Shown: one piece after another, positions 9,562-18,582 of the stretch | Layout of the letters: the number at the start of each line of letters is the position of its first letter | Numbering within the stretch: the stretch's first letter is position 1 | Assembly: GCA_964435575.1 (NCBI GenBank) | Contig: CAYSZS010000003.1 | Location: 1 to 46,563 of the forward strand | Direction: 5' to 3' | Length of the DNA stretch: 46,563 nt | From: an uncultured Gammaproteobacteria bacterium | GTDB taxonomy: Bacteria; Patescibacteriota; Microgenomatia; UBA8517 | Made by a program: the position numbers and the translations under genes | The notes under the pieces: generated by a model | The model's database searches: none | What the model saw: only the letters and a program-made list of their open reading frames with translations | What the model was told of the DNA's origin: nothing

Positions 9562-10413
9562 ATGAGCAAGGAGCCAATTTATTATTTAAACGGCAAGTTT
9601 GTACCCAAAAGCAAAGCAAGAATAAGTTTATGGGATTTAGGACTTCTTAGGGGTTATGGTGTTTTTGACTACATAGTAACCTACAAGGGAGGAAAACCTT
9701 TTCTACTAAAAAAACATTTAAAAAGGCTCAACAATTCAGCGAAACTCATCGGCCTAAAGCTTCCATGGATTTCGCGAGACCTCGAAAAACTCGTTAAAAT
9801 AACAGTCAAAAAAAATAAAAACGGTAAAGAAAAAATTATAAGAATTATCGTAACCGGCGGGGAAACTACGGATGGAATTAGTTTGGGTCCCAAACCAACC
9901 CTTGCAATAATTGTTTATGACAGGAAACGTTACCCCGCATCATTATACAAAAAAGGTGTCAATGTAATAACTTTCGATTACAATCGTGAGTCTCCTCAGG
10001 CAAAAAGTTTAAATTATATTCAGGCTGTAAAAGCCATGATGATGGCGAAAAAGAAAAGGGCCATTGAAGCTATTTATATTTATAAAAAATTGGACAAAGT
10101 CTATGAAGGAACTCAGAGTAGCTTATTTTTAGTTAAAAAGGGAAAAATATTAACGCCCGATGGAGAAACTCTTCCGGGTATAACAAGAGAATTAATAATT
10201 AATTTATCTAAAAAGTTATACCCAACATTTATGAAAGCGGTTAAAATTGGTGAGCTTTTTAATGCTGACGAAGTCTTTCTTTCAGCCAGTAACAAAGAGA
10301 TCCTTCCGGTTGTAAAGGTTGACAATAAAATTATAGGGGACGGGAAACCTGGCGAAATTACTAAAAAAGTAATGAGTGAGTTTAGAAAATTCGTGGAAAG
10401 TGGTAAGTGGTAA
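9562..10413 (+). CDS. PLP fold-IV aminotransferase (D-amino-acid transaminase/IlvE family)
   Basis: YYLNGKFVP, DLGLLRGYGVFD, HLKRL, catalytic Lys in AKSLNY, EG, LPGITR, ADEVFL, IGDGKPGEIT. Confidence 0.9.
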   Translation: MSKEPIYYLNGKFVPKSKARISLWDLGLLRGYGVFDYIVTYKGGKPFLLKKHLKRLNNSAKLIGLKLPWISRDLEKLVKITVKKNKNGKEKIIRIIVTGGETTDGISLGPKPTLAIIVYDRKRYPASLYKKGVNVITFDYNRESPQAKSLNYIQAVKAMMMAKKKRAIEAIYIYKKLDKVYEGTQSSLFLVKKGKILTPDGETLPGITRELIINLSKKLYPTFMKAVKIGELFNADEVFLSASNKEILPVVKVDNKIIGDGKPGEITKKVMSEFRKFVESGKW

Positions 10414-10414
10414 C

Positions 10415-11788
10415 TTATCTTAAACTTTTAACGGCTTCCTTAAACTGATTACCTCTATCTTTATAATCTTTGAACATATCAAATGAGGCTGCGGCGGGGG
10501 ATAACAGCACTATTCCGCCCTTGGGAGTTACTTTAACAGCTTCTTCTATTATCTTTTTTGTTTTTGGATAACCAAGCTCTGTTATATTTTGTTTGTAACC
10601 AGATTTTTGAAGTGATTTTTTTATTTTTTTAGAAATATCACCTATTATGATACTATTCAGAACTGTTGATTTTGTAATTTCTTTTGCCATCTCGTCATAA
10701 TTTAAACCCTTGTCAGATCCACCCAAGATAAGGGTAATCGGTTCTGAAAATGATTTAATTGCTGCAATGGTGGTCTGGGGGTTTGTGGAAAACGAGTCAT
10801 TATAAAACTTAACGCCGCCAACCTCTCCAACCAGTTCTAGTCTATGTTCCAATCCTTTGAAGGAAAATACAGTTTGTTTGATTGAATTGATACTCGCTCC
10901 TGCAAGGTAGGATGCGCAAACCGCAGCACAAACATTTTCCCAATTATGTCTACCTCTTAGCAACAAGTTTTCTACTCTTCCAATCTCTATCTTCTTATTT
11001 CTAATTTCAAGTAATATTCTTCCATTATTAACATACGCTCCGTTTACTTTTTTTGAATTACTGAAATAGAATACTTCTCCTCGGGTTAGCTTCGAGAATT
11101 TTCTAGAGTCTTTGTAATCGTATGCGAGCACTGCAAAATCATTATCTTTTTGATATTTGACTATTTGGGTTTTCGAATTTACATACTCATCCCTATCCCT
11201 ATGCCAGTCTAGATGATCTGTGGTTATATTTAGAACAACTGCGATGTGCGGGCTTTTGTGCAAGTCTATAAGTTGAGTGGAAGATAATTCTAATACAACC
11301 CAGTTAGTTGATTTCAATCTCGGTAATAAATCCAACCGAGGAATACCAATGTTTCCGGCCAGATAGACGTCGTAGCCGGCGCTTTCTAATATATTAGAAA
11401 TTAAGGTGCTTGTTGTCCCCTTACCTTTAGTACCTGTAACGCCGATTATCTTTGATGGTGATAAATCAAAAAAAAGTTTGATTTCGCTTGAAATTTCAAC
11501 TCCTGCCTTTTCAGCCTCTAATATTGCCGGTAAATGTCTTTTTACGCCTTGCGAACGAAAAATTATGTCGAAGTTCTTTAATCCTCCTGATAAATATTTT
11601 TCACCGCAGATGACCTTTAAATTTCTCTTATCAATTCCTTTGAAGTCTAAATCCTTTTCTTCTTTTTGATCAAAAATCGTTATTTCTAAATCCTTGTCTT
11701 GCAAAAATCTTACAACGCTTGAGCCTTCTATTCCTAGACCGATAACTGCTACCTTCTTACCTTTGAAATCTCTCATTATCACAATCAC
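10415..11788 (-). CDS. murD: UDP-MurNAc-L-Ala--D-Glu ligase MurD
   Basis: GVTGTKGKGTT, AGNIG, LELSS, DHLDWH, GLEHRLE, YNDS, LSPAAASFDMF; alternative start ATG 11776. Confidence 0.97.
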   Translation of the reverse strand: MIVIMRDFKGKKVAVIGLGIEGSSVVRFLQDKDLEITIFDQKEEKDLDFKGIDKRNLKVICGEKYLSGGLKNFDIIFRSQGVKRHLPAILEAEKAGVEISSEIKLFFDLSPSKIIGVTGTKGKGTTSTLISNILESAGYDVYLAGNIGIPRLDLLPRLKSTNWVVLELSSTQLIDLHKSPHIAVVLNITTDHLDWHRDRDEYVNSKTQIVKYQKDNDFAVLAYDYKDSRKFSKLTRGEVFYFSNSKKVNGAYVNNGRILLEIRNKKIEIGRVENLLLRGRHNWENVCAAVCASYLAGASINSIKQTVFSFKGLEHRLELVGEVGGVKFYNDSFSTNPQTTIAAIKSFSEPITLILGGSDKGLNYDEMAKEITKSTVLNSIIIGDISKKIKKSLQKSGYKQNITELGYPKTKKIIEEAVKVTPKGGIVLLSPAAASFDMFKDYKDRGNQFKEAVKSLR

Positions 11789-12948
11789 TTGGGGGAAAAT
11801 AGTTTTTTACTGTCTTTGTAGACAGTTCTGATTTCGTACAATCTTTTTCTACGCAGCTCAATTTGGCGAGGGCGTCTAAATTCCTTAATCTCCCTTTCGT
11901 TAAAACCAAGTAAGAATATTTCCGGCACCAACTCTATCCCCAATTCCTTCTTGGCTTTATTGTAAATTGTTTTCATTACTTCAAGATAGTCTTTGGCTGT
12001 CGCCTTGCCCTCATTGACAATAAAGTTGTGATGGTCTTTTGAAATGGCTGCGCCACCCATTCTAAAACCAGTCATTTTTAAAAGATGCTCAATTACGAAA
12101 CCTGCACTGGTTGTAGGGATTCCAAGCTTTTCCTTTTGCTCTTGAGTTAAATTATGGAAAGCGCAGCCCGGAGCGTTTCTTGGCTGCAAGCTTTTTCTTT
12201 TCGCCCACTCGTATCGAACGTATTTTGCTTTTTCAACATCACCCTTATAAAGTAGAAAAGTCGCATCGAGTATAATTTCTCCGGTTTCTTGGAAACGGCT
12301 TTTATCATAATCGACCCCAAGGTCCTCGATATTCAGGGTATGAATACCGCCCTGAAGATCAAGCACTGTTACAGTATCCACTACTTCACTTATGAAATGA
12401 GTTCCTCCATGGATGTTATTAAATATCGCTCCTCCAATTGTTCCAGGAATACCTGCGTACCATTGGAAACCCGTAATACCTTTCTCTAGAAGGAAATCAG
12501 TTGCTTTTGGAAGATTTACACCACTATCCATTTTGACCCGAACACGCGGATTTTCTGATTCATCATAATCTAAATCTTTGAACTCGTACTTAAAAGTGCC
12601 GACTTTATCATCAGATTCCCAACGGTATACAGGTTTTTTAAACGTTTGAAGCTCAATTTTCTCAGTTCGTTCTCCAAGAATTTCAATTTTATCCGAGCGA
12701 TCAATCAGAACTAGTCCTCGTATACCTTCATCTGAAATTAGGACATTACTCCCATCACCAAGAATAGTTATCGGAATATTAAGTTTCCTGGCTTCAATAA
12801 CCGCTTTTTTGAATTCTTCTGTTGTTTCAGCTTCGTAAAAAATATCCGCCAGCCCTCCGATTTTTAAGAAAGTATGGTTTGCCAAAGACTCATTCAATTT
12901 TGCTCTATCTCCTAAAATTTTCATTAATTTATTTATATTTTCTTTCAC
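11785..12948 (-). CDS. murB: UDP-N-acetylenolpyruvoylglucosamine reductase MurB
   Basis: HTFLKIGG, LGDGSNVL, GIPGTIGGAI, HHNFIVNEG, LVPE. Confidence 0.95.
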   Translation of the reverse strand: MKENINKLMKILGDRAKLNESLANHTFLKIGGLADIFYEAETTEEFKKAVIEARKLNIPITILGDGSNVLISDEGIRGLVLIDRSDKIEILGERTEKIELQTFKKPVYRWESDDKVGTFKYEFKDLDYDESENPRVRVKMDSGVNLPKATDFLLEKGITGFQWYAGIPGTIGGAIFNNIHGGTHFISEVVDTVTVLDLQGGIHTLNIEDLGVDYDKSRFQETGEIILDATFLLYKGDVEKAKYVRYEWAKRKSLQPRNAPGCAFHNLTQEQKEKLGIPTTSAGFVIEHLLKMTGFRMGGAAISKDHHNFIVNEGKATAKDYLEVMKTIYNKAKKELGIELVPEIFLLGFNEREIKEFRRPRQIELRRKRLYEIRTVYKDSKKLFSPK

Positions 12949-13012
12949 GCTTTATATTATCTCATATCAATTCACCCAATGTCATGCTCAGTAAAAGATA
13001 TATACTTGCCTT

Positions 13013-14326
13013 ATGAGAGAAATTTCAATAGAAAGACCTTCGAAGTTAAATGGAAAAGTGAAAGTTCAAGGGGCCAAAAATTCTGCGATGAAGCATATTT
13101 TTGTTCCTTTATTTACTAATGGGGAATTTATACTAGAAAATATTCCTAGAACAGGCAGTACAGAAAAACATATCGAGATAATTAAAATATTAGGTGCAAA
13201 AGTAGATTGGCTTGATAAAAATACTTTAAAAATTAATACTAAAAACGTCACAAAAGCTAAAATAATTCCAAAAGAACTTTTATATTACACAAGCGATGCA
13301 AATAAAGTTATTCCAATACTTGCATCCAGATTTGGCAGTTGTCTTGTCGAAGTAGATCCCCAAAGATCTGATCGTGGAGGCGACCAAATTGGGTCAAGAA
13401 GTTTTGATGAAATAATACCTACACTGAAGATGTTCGGGATTGGCACAAGATACTTAAACACAAGATTGGTTGAGTTTTATCTTACATCAAGCAAGCCTTT
13501 CAACTTTATTCAACCTAATAACTCTTTCACCGTTAGTGTTTTAGGACTATTTAGCGCTCTTTTTAAAAAAGGCGAAAGTACAATTGTTAACTACACTTCT
13601 GTACACGAATTTGATGATATTGTTGAATTCCTAATCGCTGCAGGCGCAAAAATAATAAAAACAGAAAACCATTTACAAGTATTCGGTCCTATCCAAATAA
13701 AAGGCATTACTTACAAAAATATGCATGACCCACACGACCTTGTAACTTGGATATCTGCAGCACTAACAACAAATTCTGAATTAACAATAGAAGGAATTGA
13801 GTATAAAAAAATGAAATTACAAACTCTGGAGAAAACTTTTGACAAAATGAATATAGATATAGATTTACATAAATTCACAACTAGAATTAATCCGCAGCTA
13901 ACGAGCATCAAACCTCTAAAAATTTACGCCGGTCAATATCCGTTATTTACTTCCGAATGGCAAGTCCTTATTTCCCCTTTATTGACCCAGATTCAAGGAA
14001 AATCAGAGATTATCGAAACAACATTCGCCAACAGGATGCAGCATTGGAATGAAATGGCAAAAATGGGTGTCAAGTTTAAATTTTTCAAAGATCCTAAATA
14101 CCCTGAAATAGACGGAAAACCCCGAGCAGTGAAAGTTAACGGCCCACAAAAACTTTATGGGGCTAAAGTTGACGCGCGGGATGTTCGAACAGGTGCCGCG
14201 CTCGTTATTGCAGGCTTAATTGCAAAAGGGAAAACCGAAATCAAAAACATAGAACACATCGAAAGAGGATATGAAAATTTAGTAGAAAGACTAAAATCCT
14301 CGGGAGCGAGTATTAACTATGTTTGA
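13013..14326 (+). CDS. murA: UDP-GlcNAc enolpyruvyl transferase, divergent second copy (Cys->Asp type)
   Basis: GAKNS, GGDQIGSR, ETTFANRMQH, DVRTGAALVIAG, HIERGYE. Confidence 0.85.
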   Translation: MREISIERPSKLNGKVKVQGAKNSAMKHIFVPLFTNGEFILENIPRTGSTEKHIEIIKILGAKVDWLDKNTLKINTKNVTKAKIIPKELLYYTSDANKVIPILASRFGSCLVEVDPQRSDRGGDQIGSRSFDEIIPTLKMFGIGTRYLNTRLVEFYLTSSKPFNFIQPNNSFTVSVLGLFSALFKKGESTIVNYTSVHEFDDIVEFLIAAGAKIIKTENHLQVFGPIQIKGITYKNMHDPHDLVTWISAALTTNSELTIEGIEYKKMKLQTLEKTFDKMNIDIDLHKFTTRINPQLTSIKPLKIYAGQYPLFTSEWQVLISPLLTQIQGKSEIIETTFANRMQHWNEMAKMGVKFKFFKDPKYPEIDGKPRAVKVNGPQKLYGAKVDARDVRTGAALVIAGLIAKGKTEIKNIEHIERGYENLVERLKSSGASINYV

Positions 14327-15728
14327 ATAGATTATTATATATATGGAATATGTCTCCAGCGCCCATTGTTAGAACAACGTCACCTTTTTTAACATTTTTA
14401 TTTATCCACTCTAAAGTTTTTTTATGTCCTCCAAGATAGAAAGCTTCAGGGTTGTTTTTTCTAGTTTCCTTTGCAAGCAGTTCAGATGAGACAGAGGCGT
14501 CTTTTGATTCTCGGGCGGAAGCGTAGATATCCATAAAACCAACAATATCTGCATCTGCAAAGGCTTCCGAAAATTCTTTAAATAAAGCCTTTGTTCTCGA
14601 ATAGGTATGAGGTTGAAAAATTGACACAATTCTTTTTTTAGGAAACCATTCCCTCGCGGCTATCAGAGCTGCTTTGATTTCTTCAGGATGGTGAGCATAG
14701 TCGTCAAAAAATAATGCTTTCTTATATTCACCCATTTTCTCAAATCTTCTTCTACATCCCAAGTAAGATGATAAACCTCTCCTTAAATCCAACTTGTCTA
14801 TCCCCAGAAAGTTTCCAACTATAAATGTAGCTGCTGCATTTTGTACATTGAACCTACCGCGAATGTTCAATTCCAAATTGTCGAAAATCCTATTTTCTTT
14901 CTTGGAATACAAAGAGAAAAACGTTTTCTGAGCTTTAAACTTAATGACCTTTATTTGCCAATCCGCTTTTTGATTAAAACCATAAGTTATCACCGGTTTT
15001 CTTAACCCTTTGATAGCGTCGGAAACATTAGAATTATCAATGCAGGCAATAAGCAAGCCATCACTAGGAAGTTTCTCAAACAGCTTTCTAAAGGCTTTTT
15101 TTGTATCCTCAAAAGATGCATAAATATCAGGATGGTCATATTCTATATTTGTAACAACCAAAATTTTAGGATTTAAAAGCATAAACTTTGGGATATTGTT
15201 AACTCCCGGAGAAACCACATATTCGTCAGCCTCGCAAACAAAATTTTTCCCTTTTTTATCAAATCTCCCCGAAACCCCAATCGGGTAAATATTACCAACA
15301 CCTATTGCAAAGGAAGGATGTAACCCCGCATCGTTTAATAAAACTGTTATCATTGATGCCGTAGATGTTTTACCTCCTACTCCGCAAACGCCGACAACTT
15401 CCTTCGTATTAGCAAGTTCTGCTAAAAATTCTGCAAAGGTTGTTATCTTAATACCTAGATTTTTTGCACTTTGAACCTCAGGGTTTAAAAGTCCACTATG
15501 AGCTGCTGTCGTTACCAGTAAATCAGGTCTTGGACTTAAATTTTTTTCGCCAAATCCAATATTCCAATCAATATGATTCTTTCTAAGAAACACATCCGTC
15601 ACAAATTCTTCTTCTACATCACTGCCAGTAACCTTAATCCCTAAATCTCTCATGCATAATGCTAATGCGGTCATTCCCACGCCTTTTATACCAGTCAAAT
15701 GAACGTGTTTAAGTTTTGTTATATCCAT
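14313..15728 (-). CDS. murC: UDP-MurNAc--L-alanine ligase MurC
   Basis: GIKGVGMTALA, GSD, GKTST, EADEY, DHPD, RRFE, DDYAHHPEE, FQPHTYSRT, MGAGDI. Confidence 0.97.
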   Translation of the reverse strand: MDITKLKHVHLTGIKGVGMTALALCMRDLGIKVTGSDVEEEFVTDVFLRKNHIDWNIGFGEKNLSPRPDLLVTTAAHSGLLNPEVQSAKNLGIKITTFAEFLAELANTKEVVGVCGVGGKTSTASMITVLLNDAGLHPSFAIGVGNIYPIGVSGRFDKKGKNFVCEADEYVVSPGVNNIPKFMLLNPKILVVTNIEYDHPDIYASFEDTKKAFRKLFEKLPSDGLLIACIDNSNVSDAIKGLRKPVITYGFNQKADWQIKVIKFKAQKTFFSLYSKKENRIFDNLELNIRGRFNVQNAAATFIVGNFLGIDKLDLRRGLSSYLGCRRRFEKMGEYKKALFFDDYAHHPEEIKAALIAAREWFPKKRIVSIFQPHTYSRTKALFKEFSEAFADADIVGFMDIYASARESKDASVSSELLAKETRKNNPEAFYLGGHKKTLEWINKNVKKGDVVLTMGAGDIFHIYNNLFKHS

Positions 15729-15730
15729 AC

Positions 15731-17266
15731 TTACCGTATAATTTCTTTCACCCCACCTTTTAAAGCAACTTCCACTGCTTCTTTGTCTGACCAGTCGTAT
15801 TCGACTCCGTTATAAACCATGCTTTTTTCATGGCCCTTTCCGAAAATGACTACGACATCGTCTTTTTCAGCTAATTTTTGTATTGCAAACGAAATCGCTT
15901 CCCCCCTTTCGGGAATCCTAATATAAACGCGCTTTCTACTTCGATGATTCGAATCATCATACTGATTTAACTCAATTTCCTTGGCATTTGTTTTTTTTGC
16001 ACCTTTAAGAATTTCCCTGATTATTTTATTAACGTCCTCGCTTCTGGGATCTTCGGCTGTAAAAATAGACGCATCCGCCAGCTTAACCGAAATCTTGCCC
16101 ATCATAGGTCTTTTCAAAACGTCTCTTTCACCCGCACAGCCAAAAATAGAAATTACCCTCCCTTTATGTCTTTTTCTCAAAAGCATAAGTACGTTTTCCA
16201 AAGAGTCTGGCGTATGTGCAAAGTCAATATAAATATTAATCCCCTTATCATTTTCTACTTTTTCCAGTCTTCCCGGTAATTGCGGTAAACTTGCCAAAGT
16301 TTGCTGGATACTTTCCCAACTAATATCTAACCTCCTGGCGGCTGCTATTGCAGCCAAAAGATTTAATGCATTATACCTACCAACCAAATTAGATGTTATC
16401 TTATATTTTTCCTTCCCAATGTTAACTGCAAACCTCATCGCTTCATTTAAATGAAGTGGGCTGGCAGTATAATCTGCTTTACTCTTCAGAGAGTATGTTA
16501 GAAGCTGCGTCGTTTGTCTTAAAGTCTTTTTTATAAAATCGAAGGACTCGTCATCCTTATTTAAAATTGCCGTATTTACGGACTTAAAAAGTTTTGCTTT
16601 GGCTTCTTTATAGGCATCAAATGTTTTATGATAGTCAAGGTGCTCGTGAGTTATATTTGTCAAAATTCCCATTTCAAAATTAATCCCCGCCACTCTTTCC
16701 TGATCAAGTCCATGCGAGGTTACTTCGAGAACCGCATACTCGCAGTCAGCCCCGACCATGTGCGATAAAAATTTCTGGAGTGCAAGTGGTTCTGGATTCG
16801 TCACATGGAATCCCGTATCCAATTCCTTATCAGCTATTCTGGCGCTAATTGAAGAAACAAGACCAACGCTTTTCCCAGCGTTTTTCAAAAGCCAATATAA
16901 CACATGTGCTACAGTTGTTTTTCCTTTGGTCCCTGTTACTCCAATCACTTTCAAAGACTTACTTGGATATCCATACCAAGCGGAGGCTAGTATACTTAAT
17001 GCCAGGCGAGAATTTGTTACTTTTACGTATGTAATTTTTTTTAACCAATCTTTTTTTGGTTCTATCTCCCCAACAATCACGCTGGCTTTTTCTTTTATAA
17101 CCTGAGGAATAAACATATGAGCATCTGTTTTTACTCCTTTAATCGCAACGAACAGAGTCCCTTTTTCTACCTGTCTTGAATCATCATTAATAGCATTCAC
17201 GTTAACATCGGTAGAACCATAAGTTTGGCCTAAAGAAGTGCTTTCAAGAAGGTTTGCTAGCTTCAT
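15731..17266 (-). CDS. murE: UDP-MurNAc-dipeptide--diamino acid ligase MurE
   Basis: DDSRQV, GVTGTKGKTT, EVTSHGLDQ, HEHLDYH, PGRLE, DFAHTPD, FGCAGERD, EDPR, GKGHE. Confidence 0.97.
   Translation of the reverse strand: MKLANLLESTSLGQTYGSTDVNVNAINDDSRQVEKGTLFVAIKGVKTDAHMFIPQVIKEKASVIVGEIEPKKDWLKKITYVKVTNSRLALSILASAWYGYPSKSLKVIGVTGTKGKTTVAHVLYWLLKNAGKSVGLVSSISARIADKELDTGFHVTNPEPLALQKFLSHMVGADCEYAVLEVTSHGLDQERVAGINFEMGILTNITHEHLDYHKTFDAYKEAKAKLFKSVNTAILNKDDESFDFIKKTLRQTTQLLTYSLKSKADYTASPLHLNEAMRFAVNIGKEKYKITSNLVGRYNALNLLAAIAAARRLDISWESIQQTLASLPQLPGRLEKVENDKGINIYIDFAHTPDSLENVLMLLRKRHKGRVISIFGCAGERDVLKRPMMGKISVKLADASIFTAEDPRSEDVNKIIREILKGAKKTNAKEIELNQYDDSNHRSRKRVYIRIPERGEAISFAIQKLAEKDDVVVIFGKGHEKSMVYNGVEYDWSDKEAVEVALKGGVKEIIR
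15943..15958. repeat. perfect 16-bp palindrome inside murE
   Basis: GATGATTCGAATCATC is its own reverse complement; encodes part of YDDSNHRS. Confidence 0.7.
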
Positions 17267-18552
17267 TTGATTTCCTTAATCTCTGCACCAAGCGAGCGTA
17301 GATTCCTTGCAAAGTCCGGGTGTCCTCGATACAAAGAATCTGCATTTAAAATGACCGTTTCTCCCTCTGCAATCATCGCAGCCATCACCATTGCAACAAC
17401 AGCACGAATAATATATGGCGCCTCAAGTGTGCCACCCTTGAGTTTCTTTCCTGCTATTACCACGACTCTATGGGGGTCAGCCATAATAACCTCCGCTCCT
17501 AACTTTGTTAATTCGCTCGTCCAGAAAAGTCCGGATTCATACATCCAATTGTGAAATATCATGTAACCACTTGGAGCGGTTAGCGCTAAAGGAATAAAGT
17601 TTGGTAGAAGGTCAACAGGAAGTCCGGGCCAAGGTTGGGCTCTAACAACGTTAGTCTTTTTTTCAAAAGAGCCTGTAAATCGTATGTCCTGATTCTGGCG
17701 AACAATTGCTGTGTCATTTTCGTACTCAATATTAATGTTAAATTTGGAAAATTCATAATTTATCTGGGGAAAAAGCTCCGGATGTGAATTGTGTACCTTT
17801 ATTTCACCACCGGTTGCGGCACCAAGAGCGAGAAAGGTTGCTATTTCGTTGTGATCATGCAAAAGCTCATATGTTACAGGTGACAAATTCTTCCCACCGC
17901 TTATCTCAAGGACATTTGTTCCAACTCCTTTTATATCTGCTCCGGCCTTAACCAGAAAATTGCACAAATCCTGTACCTGTGGTTCAGAAGCAACGCCATT
18001 CAATCCTGTTTTCCCTTTTAAAGTTACCGCAATCATTACAAGTGTACTCGTAACCGAAACGGCCATTTCTGTTAGCCAAACATTTGTTGCAACTGCACTG
18101 GTAGCGTCCATCACAACGCCATCGTCTACTTCTTTAACAACAATTGATAGGTCACGGAAGGTTTTATAAAAAGGTTCAAAAGGCCTAATTCCAAGAGTAC
18201 AACCGCCCGGAAGTTCGGAAAAATCAACCTTCCTAAAACGCCCCAAAAGCCCCCCCCACATGAGAGCCGATGCTTTCATATCCCCCAAATCTTCTTCGCT
18301 CAAACTATGAAAGTCCATGCTGGAATTATCCAAAATCATCGTCTTCCTCACCTTGTCCCAAGCAATCTTTCCTCCTAACTTCTTCAAAATATGAACTAAT
18401 TTGTCAACATCACTAATATCGGGAATGTTTTGAAGCGTTACTTTCTCCTCAAAAAGAAGCGTTGCAGGCAAAATGTGTACAGCAGAGTTCTTGCTTCCTG
18501 AAGGGTAAATTTCGCCCGATAAAACCTGACCGCCCCTAACTTTAATATTCAT
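17263..18552 (-). CDS. murA: UDP-GlcNAc enolpyruvyl transferase MurA (Cys type)
   Basis: GSKNS, LPGGCTLGIRP, PWPGLPVD, LYRGHP; co-oriented with the dcw operon. Confidence 0.93.
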   Translation of the reverse strand: MNIKVRGGQVLSGEIYPSGSKNSAVHILPATLLFEEKVTLQNIPDISDVDKLVHILKKLGGKIAWDKVRKTMILDNSSMDFHSLSEEDLGDMKASALMWGGLLGRFRKVDFSELPGGCTLGIRPFEPFYKTFRDLSIVVKEVDDGVVMDATSAVATNVWLTEMAVSVTSTLVMIAVTLKGKTGLNGVASEPQVQDLCNFLVKAGADIKGVGTNVLEISGGKNLSPVTYELLHDHNEIATFLALGAATGGEIKVHNSHPELFPQINYEFSKFNINIEYENDTAIVRQNQDIRFTGSFEKKTNVVRAQPWPGLPVDLLPNFIPLALTAPSGYMIFHNWMYESGLFWTSELTKLGAEVIMADPHRVVVIAGKKLKGGTLEAPYIIRAVVAMVMAAMIAEGETVILNADSLYRGHPDFARNLRSLGAEIKEIK

Positions 18553-18582
18553 ATCGTACTTATATATTCTATCACTAAAAAG

